From positions 1-57,264 of the forward strand of contig CAYUKK010000213.1 of NCBI GenBank assembly GCA_964445305.1: a DNA stretch of 57,264 bases. Direction: 5' to 3'. Positions 46,802 through 54,847 of this stretch are shown piece by piece. The stretch is from an uncultured Eubacteriales bacterium (GTDB lineage Bacteria > Acidobacteriota > Aminicenantia > Aminicenantales > UBA8522). Positions within the stretch are counted from its first letter, which is position 1. Each line of letters starts with the position of its first letter. The position numbers were made by a program, and so were the translations under genes. The notes below the pieces were generated by a model. That model made no database searches. It worked only from the letters and a program-made list of their open reading frames with translations, and was not told the DNA's origin.

Positions 46802-48067
46802 ATGGAAGTGTGGCGGGACTTTCAGGTTTTCGTCAAGCCGGCTGGCTCTCGGTGCAACCTTGCCTGCGCCTATTGTTACTATTTGGGGAAGGAAAGCCTC
46901 TTTCCAGATGCCAAGATATTTCGCATGACCGATGACCTTCTCGAGGAGTATATCCTCCAGCACATCCGCGCCTCCTCCAGTGAAATCATCCGTTTTTCCT
47001 GGCACGGCGGAGAGCCGAGTATCCTCGGCGTCGATTTCTACCGGAAAGCCGTTGCTCTTCAGCGGAAGCATCAACCTCGTGGCCGACTCATCGCCAACGG
47101 CATGCAGACCAACGGCACTCTCCTCGATGAGGAATGGGCCCATTTCTTGGCCACAGAAAATTTTGCCGTGGGTATAAGCCTGGACGGGCCTGGCGAAATG
47201 CACGACAGGCACCGCGTGACGCGTTCGGGCCAGCCGACCTTCGAGCGGACGATGCGCGGTTACGAGCTCCTTCGGAACCATGGAGTGGCGACCGACATTT
47301 TGTGCGTGGTCAGTGCCGACAACGTCCGGTTTCCCCTTGAAATCTACCGATTTTTCCGGGAAATAGAGGCTTCCTACCTAACCTTTCTTCCCCTTGTCGA
47401 GAGATGCTCCGGCGCCGAGCGAGGTGTGAGTCCTTATTCTGTCCCAGCAGAGGCCTGGGGAGATTTTTTGAGCGCGATATTCGATGAGTGGTTGAGCCGG
47501 GACATTGGCCGGATAAAAGTCCAGATTTTTGAGGAGGCAGCACGGGTGGCCTTTGGCCAGGAACATTCGCTCTGCCTTTTTCGGGCAACCTGCGGGGATA
47601 TCCCGGTTATCGAGCACAACGGAGATTTCTATGCGTGCGACCATTTTGTTGATGCTGTCCATCGCCTCGGGAATATCCGTGAGAAGCCCCTCATCGAGCT
47701 TCTTGAGAGTCCGGAGCAGCGAGCGTTTGGCCGGGCCAAGCTGGAAACATTGCCCCAGTTCTGTCGAATGTGCGAGGTCAAGGAGATGTGCCACGGCGAG
47801 TGCCCGAAGAATCGCTTTATCGAGACGCCCGATGGTGAACCGGGGCTAAACTACCTGTGCCCTGGCTACAAGCGCTTTTTCACCCACTGCCGTCCCTTTG
47901 TCGCGGCTGTAGCGGCTGAGTGGGAGCGCCGCACTCTCGACGCCCAAGAGAAGTATCCGCGTCGCCAGGCTGATCAGCCGGTCCAAGGGAGCTCTCGACC
48001 CGGAAGGAATGACCCCTGTCCTTGTGGCAGCGGAAAAAAATATAAGAAATGCTGCGGACGGGGATAA
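46802..48067 (+). CDS. Anaerobic sulfatase-maturating-enzyme-type radical SAM/SPASM protein with a C-terminal SEC-C motif
   Basis: [18 protein letters not shown] is the anSME-type CxxxCxxC context, followed by WHGGEPS and QTNGTLL. SPASM cysteines are present ([18 protein letters not shown] and [18 protein letters not shown]). The C-terminus [17 protein letters not shown] is a SEC-C metal-binding motif. Confidence 0.82.
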   Translation: MEVWRDFQVFVKPAGSRCNLACAYCYYLGKESLFPDAKIFRMTDDLLEEYILQHIRASSSEIIRFSWHGGEPSILGVDFYRKAVALQRKHQPRGRLIANGMQTNGTLLDEEWAHFLATENFAVGISLDGPGEMHDRHRVTRSGQPTFERTMRGYELLRNHGVATDILCVVSADNVRFPLEIYRFFREIEASYLTFLPLVERCSGAERGVSPYSVPAEAWGDFLSAIFDEWLSRDIGRIKVQIFEEAARVAFGQEHSLCLFRATCGDIPVIEHNGDFYACDHFVDAVHRLGNIREKPLIELLESPEQRAFGRAKLETLPQFCRMCEVKEMCHGECPKNRFIETPDGEPGLNYLCPGYKRFFTHCRPFVAAVAAEWERRTLDAQEKYPRRQADQPVQGSSRPGRNDPCPCGSGKKYKKCCGRG

Positions 48068-48112
48068 GGTTCAGAGAACGTATGGTAAATTTTAAGGGAA
48101 GGAGATTTTTCT

Positions 48113-50188
48113 ATGGAAGGTGAGCATTTTGCTCCCGTCGTTCCTGCTCCAACGGAGGTCAAAGAATTCACTCTGCGGGCTGTCCTCCTCGGTGTCCTCA
48201 TGGCCGTGTTCATGGGGGCGGCTAACGCTTACCTTGGCCTCAAGGCTGGCATGACCATTGCCGCCACCTACACGACCGCGGTGGTCGGAATGGCTGTCAT
48301 CAAGGCCTTCCGGGGGACTCTTCTCGAGGAGAATTGTGCCCGGACGGTGGGCTCAATCGGCGGCAATGTCGCTTCCGGCGCGATTTTCACTCTGCCCGCA
48401 TTTTTCATCGCCGGCATCTGGCTGCCTTTCTCCAGAGCCGAACACTACCTGATAGCAACCATCATCCTGGTGCTGGGAGGAATCCTGGGCATTATGTTCG
48501 TGACCATCACCCGGCGAATCCTTATCAGCGATAAAGAACTCCCTTTTCCTGAATCAGTGGCGGCAGCGGAAATCCACAAGGCTGGCCAGAAGGGCGCCAA
48601 AGGGACAGGACACCTCCTCGCCGGCATGGGCTTGGGCGCTTTTTTCACCTGTCTCACGGAGTTCAAGGCGATGGCTTTGAAGTGGCAGCGCATCGTTGCG
48701 GTCGGCAAAGGGTCAATTCTCCTCCGCGGTCCGGAGGCAAGCCCCGCTTTCCTCGGCGTGGGGTTTATCATCGGCCCGAAGTTAGCGTCCATTAACTTCA
48801 GCGGCGGGGTGGTGGCCTGGGGGTTGCTGGCGCCGACGCTGGCCTTTTTCCTGAACTACAACAATCTCGGGGCAGTGGGGGATTGGGCGGCCGAGATAAC
48901 AAGAGTGTGGAGGGATTATGTCCGTTACATCGCCATCGGCGGCATGCTCGTTGGTGCTTTCTACACGCTCTTCCGGATGAGAAAGAGCCTGGCCGAAGGA
49001 ATATCGCGGTCTCTCTCCACGCTGATGATTGGAAAAGGCGGGGCTTCGGCAGCCCTGCCGCGCACCGACCGCGACATCAGCGTCAAGTGGGCTCTTGGTG
49101 TGGCGACTGCTGTCGCCATTCTTGTCTTCTTTATTTTCAACAGCTTCGCCCGGAGCATTCCAGCCTCGCTCGTGGCCGTCGTCTTGATGATTGTCCTCGG
49201 GTTTGTCTTTGCGGCTGTCTCTGGATACCTCGTCGGCATCATCGGCGTCAGCAGCAATCCGACGAGCGGGCTGACGGTTTCTGTCCTGATTATTGTCGCT
49301 TTCATCATGGTGCTGATGGGACTTCAGGGAGGAAGCGGGGTATCCGCCGTCCTCCTCGTCGCCGCCTTCACCTGCGTTTCGGTCTCGGTGGCCGGCGAAA
49401 TGATGCAGGACCTTAAGGCAGGACACATCCTGGGCTGTACGCCCTGGCGCATGCAGCTTGGGGATGTATTCGGGGTGACGGCAGCCGCCCTGATCATGTT
49501 TTTTGTCCTTTCCGTCCTTCATCTGGGGAATATCAAACAAACGGTGAGCGCCAAGCTGGCCGAGATGGAAAGCGCCGGCCTCACCGAGGTGTCCTACGAC
49601 GGAAAGCACAGGGGGATTCCGAGAGGAGTATACAGCCTGGAGGAAATCAAGACCATGATTCCTGAAAAGCAGAACGAAATCCTCAGGACGAACGCAGGTT
49701 TCGGGGGCGAGAAAATCCCCGCCCCTCAGGCGAGTCTCATGGCCGCCGTGGCCACCGGCATTTTCGAAAGGCGGACAGAAGGGATTCTCATCCTGGCTGG
49801 CATGTTCATGGGTTTAGCCTTCATCTTGATGCAGGTGCGAAGCCCGATGCTCATTGCCGTGGGCATGTATCTTCCCATCGACACCTCTTTTGCCATTTTC
49901 TTGGGTGGTGCTTTTAAGGCCCTGCTGGAAAAAAGAGTCGAAGCCAAAAAGCTTGACGGGAAGGAAAAGGAAAGAGTGAACAACACGGGCACTCTCCTGG
50001 CCTCGGGTCTCATTGCCGGCGAGGCCATCATCGGCATTCTGTTCGCCACTTTTGCTTTCATCGAGGTCGAACTGGTCCGCGTGTTTTCCAGACCCTCCTA
50101 CTTGCTCAGCCTCGGCTGCATTCTGGCTCTGGGGCTCTTTCTCGTTGTCCGGGCCTGGCGCGTCGGACACCGCTTGACCGAGGAATGA
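48113..50188 (+). CDS. OPT-family oligopeptide transporter
   Basis: 691 aa with many transmembrane segments. FTLRAVLLGVLMAVFMGAANAYLGLKAGMT is a typical OPT N-terminus. Confidence 0.85.
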   Translation: MEGEHFAPVVPAPTEVKEFTLRAVLLGVLMAVFMGAANAYLGLKAGMTIAATYTTAVVGMAVIKAFRGTLLEENCARTVGSIGGNVASGAIFTLPAFFIAGIWLPFSRAEHYLIATIILVLGGILGIMFVTITRRILISDKELPFPESVAAAEIHKAGQKGAKGTGHLLAGMGLGAFFTCLTEFKAMALKWQRIVAVGKGSILLRGPEASPAFLGVGFIIGPKLASINFSGGVVAWGLLAPTLAFFLNYNNLGAVGDWAAEITRVWRDYVRYIAIGGMLVGAFYTLFRMRKSLAEGISRSLSTLMIGKGGASAALPRTDRDISVKWALGVATAVAILVFFIFNSFARSIPASLVAVVLMIVLGFVFAAVSGYLVGIIGVSSNPTSGLTVSVLIIVAFIMVLMGLQGGSGVSAVLLVAAFTCVSVSVAGEMMQDLKAGHILGCTPWRMQLGDVFGVTAAALIMFFVLSVLHLGNIKQTVSAKLAEMESAGLTEVSYDGKHRGIPRGVYSLEEIKTMIPEKQNEILRTNAGFGGEKIPAPQASLMAAVATGIFERRTEGILILAGMFMGLAFILMQVRSPMLIAVGMYLPIDTSFAIFLGGAFKALLEKRVEAKKLDGKEKERVNNTGTLLASGLIAGEAIIGILFATFAFIEVELVRVFSRPSYLLSLGCILALGLFLVVRAWRVGHRLTEE

Positions 50189-50227
50189 TCTGAATCGAGT
50201 TCTCACTTTTATCGCCGGCGATCTGGC

Positions 50228-51091
50228 TCATCGCCTTTTGAGCTTCTCGTTGAGGAAGGCGATGGTCCGCTCCCAGGCTAACTTGGCTGCTTCGGGGTGA
50301 TAGCGGGACAGGTTGGTGTCGTTGAAGAAGGCGTGACCGGCACCCTCATACATATAGATTTTGTACTCGATAGAAGCCTTCTCGAGAGCCTCCTCGAAAG
50401 CCGGGATGCCAGCGTTGATACGCTCATCGTTTTCGGCATAGTGAATGAGCATGGCCGCTTTGATCTTCGGGACGTCTTCGACTGCCGGCTGACTGCCGTA
50501 AAAAGGGACGGCGGCCGCCAAGTCCGGCGAGTTGACGGCTACCTGGTTGGTGACACCACCACCCCAGCAGAAGCCCATGCATCCCACTTTTCCTGTTGAT
50601 AGGGGATGGGTCTTCAGGTAGGCGACGGCAGCGACGTAATTCTTGATGTTCGCCTGCCGGTCGAGCTTCCCGATGAGCTCTCTGGCTTTGTCCGGATCCT
50701 CCGGCGTTCCGCCGAATGGCGACAGGGCGTCGGGGGCAAGAGCCAGGAATCCTTCCAGGGCAACCCGTCTGGCCACGTCTTCCGTGTGGGGGTTGAGCCC
50801 GCGATTCTCGTGGATGACGATGACGCCAGGCCGTTTGACCTCTTCTTTTAGCCGCGCCGAATAAGCTCGCATATCACCCGTTGCGCCAGGATAATGGACA
50901 TATTCTGTTTTCAGGCGGGGATCATCCCTTTCAACAAACTGGGCTTCGGCGGAGTCAGCTTCCAGTGCGGAAAGGATGGCCGAAGCCGCCACCGTGCTGC
51001 CGGCGATAAGGGCCAGCTCCTTGAGGAATTCCCGGCGATTCAGCGAGCCCCTCTTATAATCATTGTATAAGTTGAGGATTTCTTTTTTCAT
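50228..51091 (-). CDS. Tat-signal dienelactone hydrolase family protein
   Basis: 287 aa. LNRREFLKELALIAG is the Tat motif. The nucleophile elbow GCMGFCWGGG carries Cys, as in dienelactone hydrolases. YEGAGHAF provides the catalytic His. Confidence 0.85.
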   Translation of the reverse strand: MKKEILNLYNDYKRGSLNRREFLKELALIAGSTVAASAILSALEADSAEAQFVERDDPRLKTEYVHYPGATGDMRAYSARLKEEVKRPGVIVIHENRGLNPHTEDVARRVALEGFLALAPDALSPFGGTPEDPDKARELIGKLDRQANIKNYVAAVAYLKTHPLSTGKVGCMGFCWGGGVTNQVAVNSPDLAAAVPFYGSQPAVEDVPKIKAAMLIHYAENDERINAGIPAFEEALEKASIEYKIYMYEGAGHAFFNDTNLSRYHPEAAKLAWERTIAFLNEKLKRR

Positions 51092-51105
51092 GATTCTTAC
51101 TCCTT

Positions 51106-54100
51106 TTAAAGGGAAGCAAGGCGCCTTTTGGCCTCGGCGATTTCTGGTCGGCCGCTATCAGCGTCTTTCCAGAGGCCGAGGAATTTTTGATAATTTTCTC
51201 TGGCCTTAACTTTGTCTTTCAGCTGTTCATATATCTTTCCCAATTTATAAAAGCTTAGCGCCTGAATATCTCCATAGAAGAAAGCTCCGACCGTGAGCCT
51301 GGTTATTTTTTCATACTCTTCTTTTGCCTTTTCCCATTCGCCCTTCTTGAAATAGGCGAGCGCCAGGGCATCCAGGAACAGGGCATGGTCGTTGTTGAAG
51401 AAATACTGGGAAGGAAGGAGCGCGACGGCTTTCGTCAAATAGCCGATGGCTTCAGTATAGTCTTCATTCTTGACGGCTATCGCGGCCATAAGCAAATGAT
51501 AATACCTTACGTCCTTCTTATTAGACCCGCTTTCGATCAAAACACGAAGAGCTTCAACCGTCTTTCTGGCCTGCCCGATTTTTCCTGATTCAAGCTCTGC
51601 ATAACCGCGGCCCAGCAAAATTTCTTTTTGCCTCGACAAACTGTCTAAGTCCTGCGCGCTGTGAGCGGCTCTATCATACTCCTCAAGTGCTTTTTCCGGC
51701 CGGCCCGAACGGAGATAAAGGTCAGCCAAACTCCTGTGGAAATCGGATATCCACCCCTTATCGCCAATTTTTTCGGCAAGCTCTATTCCCTTGCTGAATT
51801 CAACCTCTGCTTTCCTGAATTGTCCCCGGAGCATATACATTGCTCCGAGCCAATGTCCGCCCATGAGGTGTCCAGCTATCTCGTCCAGGCCAAAGAGCTG
51901 TTGAAACTGAGCTTCAGCGTTCGTCCAATCCCCCACGCCTTTATAGGAAACAGCTTTGGCCAAAATAGCCAGGTAGTGAGATGGATTGAGCGCCACCGCT
52001 CTCTCGGCTTGAGCCAGAGCTTGATCGTACCGGCCGTCCACAAAATCAACGACAGCCAGATAAATCCGGATCATGAAGTTGTCTTTGTAATTCCGGATGA
52101 AGCCTTCGAGGGTTGCCCTGGCTTTTTCCGGCCATCCCTTAGCCAGATAGCTGTTCACAATATTAAGGTATGTCCAGATATTTTCCGGGTTGCTCTGGAG
52201 GACGCGTTCATAGAGCTCAATGGCCTTGTCCCATTCTTCCAGGCTGTTGTAGAGAATTCCTAAGTTTGTGGACCCGATACTGTCATCCGGGTAAAGCTTC
52301 AACAGCCTCTCGTAAGCCTCGACGGCTTTGTCGTAAGACCTTTCGGATTCCCGGTAGTAATCTCCCTCGATAGTGAATCGTTCTCTGTCGGAAAGACGGT
52401 CCGTGAGTTCAAAAGCTTTCTTGAGGTGTGTCTGTTTTTGCGAGGCCAGAAGAAGGTTGGAGTATCCCATGGCCATCGAGCGGTAAGCCATGGCAAAACC
52501 TGGGTCGATGGCCAAGGCCTTCTCCATCATCTGGATTGATTCTCTGTATTTCTGTTCGTTATGGAGCTTTCTTCCCTCGACATAAAACTTGAGCGCCTCG
52601 GGCGAGGCGGTCGTGATTTTCTCGAGCTCGCGGTCGATATCAGCCGCGATATCCGTGACGGGGATCTTGAGGTCGTGCTTGATTTTCTTTGTCAGGTCAT
52701 CGACCATCGAAAAGATACTTTCCTCCCCTTTTCCTTCGACGCGGCTCGAGCTCAGAATCTGCCCTGTGCTCCCGTCCTGGAGCCGGACATCGATCCGAAA
52801 ATTCTCGCCAGCTTTGGCGTAGCTCCCCACCAGAACACTCTTCACGCTTCCTTGGGCAGCAACCTTCTTGAGTGTCTCAGAAGTATAGCTTTTCGCCTCG
52901 GCCTGATCGAGCTCACTGAGGATATGGAAGAGCTTATCCGAACTCAGCACGTTGATGTATTTCGACTGGGAAAGGTCGGTGATGAGAAGGTCCGAGATCG
53001 CAATTCGCCAGTGGTCGAGACCTTCGTCGCCGGTGTTGTTTTTAAAATAGAGAATGGCAAGCGATGGCTTGCCGGGGGGAGGCGGGGGCGGAGCTTTGAT
53101 CAGGGCCAGCCGCCAGATGATCAGGCCGGCGGCGATGAGGCCGACGAGGACGCAAGCGGGCAGGAGGAGTTTTTTCAGCCCAAACGTTACTGTAATTTCC
53201 CTGGAGGTCAAAGGCCTTCTTTCCACGACGACCCTTTCTGTCGTCGGAAGGCCGGCCTCAATCCTGGTGAGCTCCGCTAAAAGCTCCCCGGCGCTTTGAT
53301 ATCGGCTCTGCTTGTCCTTGGCCAGACAGCGGAGGATAAGAGCGCTCAAATCAGGTGGGGCCTGCGGGTTGAGCTCTCGGGGGTCACGAGGTCGTTCGCT
53401 TTTGTGCTTGAGGCCGATGGCGAAGGGGGTTTCTCCCTCGAAAGGCACGCGCCCCGTCACCATCTCGTAGAGGATGATTCCGAGGGAATAGATATCCGAG
53501 CCCTGGTCGACGGGCTTTCCCTCGACCTGCTCGGGCGACATGTACTCGGGCGTTCCGATCATCACGCCTGCGCCCGTGATGCTTTTCGTCATCAGAGACC
53601 GGGCGATACCGAAATCCATGATGCGAACATTCCCGCCTTCATCGACCATGATGTTTTGCGGCTTCAGGTCCCGGTGAACGACGCCCAGGCGGTGCGCTTC
53701 GGTCAATCCTTCGGCTACCTGCTTAGCTATGGAAATCGTGCGGCCGAGCGGCAACTGGCCGATCTTGCGGATGAGTCGCTTCAAATCTTCACCCGGGACA
53801 TACTCCATGGTGATGTAGTAGCTTCCTTCTTCTTTGGTCAGGTGATACAACCGGCAGATATTCTTGTGAGAGATTTGGCGCGCCGTCTTGAGCTCGTTTC
53901 GGAATCGCTCGATCGCCTCTTCGTCGGCCGCGACCTCGGGCTTTAAAAGCTTAATGGCGATCTTTTCATTCAACTCCGTGTCGAGGGCCTTGTAGACTTT
54001 GCCCATGCCGCCTCGACCGAGCTCCTCGATAATCTGGTAGCGACCGGCGAGGAGGCTGCCCGTTGTCAATTCGCGGACGGGAGCCTGCATTGTTTCTGTT

Positions 54101-54234
54101 CTGGAGTCGGGTGATGAAGCCTGCTCCTGATCTTGTTGGGTTTTAAGTTTAGCGCCGCAGCGGCCGCAGAAGAGAGTATCTTCAGGGTTTTCAGATTGGC
54201 ACTTCGGACACTTCATGGGCAGAGGCTTTGTCAA
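51106..54234 (-). CDS. Ser/Thr protein kinase with an N-terminal zinc ribbon, one transmembrane helix, an extracytoplasmic TolB-N/CsgG-like module and a long TPR array
   Basis: 1042 aa. The N-terminus carries CPKCQSENPEDTLFCGRCG. The Hanks kinase motifs are GRGGMGKV, IAIK, HRDLKPQN, DFG and GTPEYMSPE. The transmembrane helix is LLLPACVLVGLIAAGLIIW, followed by about 450 aa of TPR-like repeats. Confidence 0.9.
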   Translation of the reverse strand: MTKPLPMKCPKCQSENPEDTLFCGRCGAKLKTQQDQEQASSPDSRTETMQAPVRELTTGSLLAGRYQIIEELGRGGMGKVYKALDTELNEKIAIKLLKPEVAADEEAIERFRNELKTARQISHKNICRLYHLTKEEGSYYITMEYVPGEDLKRLIRKIGQLPLGRTISIAKQVAEGLTEAHRLGVVHRDLKPQNIMVDEGGNVRIMDFGIARSLMTKSITGAGVMIGTPEYMSPEQVEGKPVDQGSDIYSLGIILYEMVTGRVPFEGETPFAIGLKHKSERPRDPRELNPQAPPDLSALILRCLAKDKQSRYQSAGELLAELTRIEAGLPTTERVVVERRPLTSREITVTFGLKKLLLPACVLVGLIAAGLIIWRLALIKAPPPPPPGKPSLAILYFKNNTGDEGLDHWRIAISDLLITDLSQSKYINVLSSDKLFHILSELDQAEAKSYTSETLKKVAAQGSVKSVLVGSYAKAGENFRIDVRLQDGSTGQILSSSRVEGKGEESIFSMVDDLTKKIKHDLKIPVTDIAADIDRELEKITTASPEALKFYVEGRKLHNEQKYRESIQMMEKALAIDPGFAMAYRSMAMGYSNLLLASQKQTHLKKAFELTDRLSDRERFTIEGDYYRESERSYDKAVEAYERLLKLYPDDSIGSTNLGILYNSLEEWDKAIELYERVLQSNPENIWTYLNIVNSYLAKGWPEKARATLEGFIRNYKDNFMIRIYLAVVDFVDGRYDQALAQAERAVALNPSHYLAILAKAVSYKGVGDWTNAEAQFQQLFGLDEIAGHLMGGHWLGAMYMLRGQFRKAEVEFSKGIELAEKIGDKGWISDFHRSLADLYLRSGRPEKALEEYDRAAHSAQDLDSLSRQKEILLGRGYAELESGKIGQARKTVEALRVLIESGSNKKDVRYYHLLMAAIAVKNEDYTEAIGYLTKAVALLPSQYFFNNDHALFLDALALAYFKKGEWEKAKEEYEKITRLTVGAFFYGDIQALSFYKLGKIYEQLKDKVKARENYQKFLGLWKDADSGRPEIAEAKRRLASL

Positions 54235-54258
54235 TCGCCAGCAAGTGGCTCAAGATTA

Positions 54259-54813
54259 TCAACTTATCCGAGGGATGTCAAACAGGCTGGCCAGGTGAAT
54301 GAACAGCGAGTCGCGATTCCTGTCGGTTATTTCGAAAAGCTCGACATCCGAACGAGCTTTGATGGAGGCGATGAAGCCCGACCCCCTGAGGGCAATCGTG
54401 GCGATGAGTTGCTTTTGCGAGTCGAGAACAGTCTTGAGGAGATTCTGGAACTTCAGGGACAGGCATTCCATCTTCCCGATCTCGTCGATGATGATGAGCT
54501 TGGACTCAGGCTTGTCAAAGGGAATCAAACTCAAGAATCGCTCGAAACCAGGGATATCCACGCCATATTTTCCCACTCGGTAGGGACTTTTCAAGCGGAC
54601 GTGGGAAAGAAGTCCCTTTCTTCCGTCCAAGCTCTGGAGCTCGAAACCCAGGCGGACGCCGCTCTCCCGGATCTCTTCGGTGAAGAACCCGACCGGCTGA
54701 AGCTCTTTCAGTTCTTGGGCAAGCTTGATGACGAGGGTTGTCTTCCCCGTTCCGGGCAACCCGGTAATGAGGATCTTCCTTCTCTGCGCTCCCAATTTTT
54801 TCTCCTGAGCCAT
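54259..54813 (-). CDS. THEP1-type nucleoside triphosphatase (NTPase_1 family)
   Basis: 184 aa from the ATG at 54813. KILITGLPGTGKTTLV is the Walker A motif, followed by GFFTEEIRESGVRLGF and IIIDEIGKME (Walker B). The tracked ORF is extended upstream into the neighbouring gene. Confidence 0.8.
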   Translation of the reverse strand: MAQEKKLGAQRRKILITGLPGTGKTTLVIKLAQELKELQPVGFFTEEIRESGVRLGFELQSLDGRKGLLSHVRLKSPYRVGKYGVDIPGFERFLSLIPFDKPESKLIIIDEIGKMECLSLKFQNLLKTVLDSQKQLIATIALRGSGFIASIKARSDVELFEITDRNRDSLFIHLASLFDIPRIS

Positions 54814-54847
54814 CCCACGGAAGGAACTCGGAAAGGGGCTCGCCGGT

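Noticed and set aside
50211-50222. Perfect 12-nt palindrome ATCGCCGGCGAT in the convergent gap between the OPT transporter and the dienelactone hydrolase
   Set aside because: It is too short and loop-less to act as an intrinsic terminator, and there is no flanking T-tract. It is probably chance or a methylation or restriction-type site, and is not interpretable from one occurrence.
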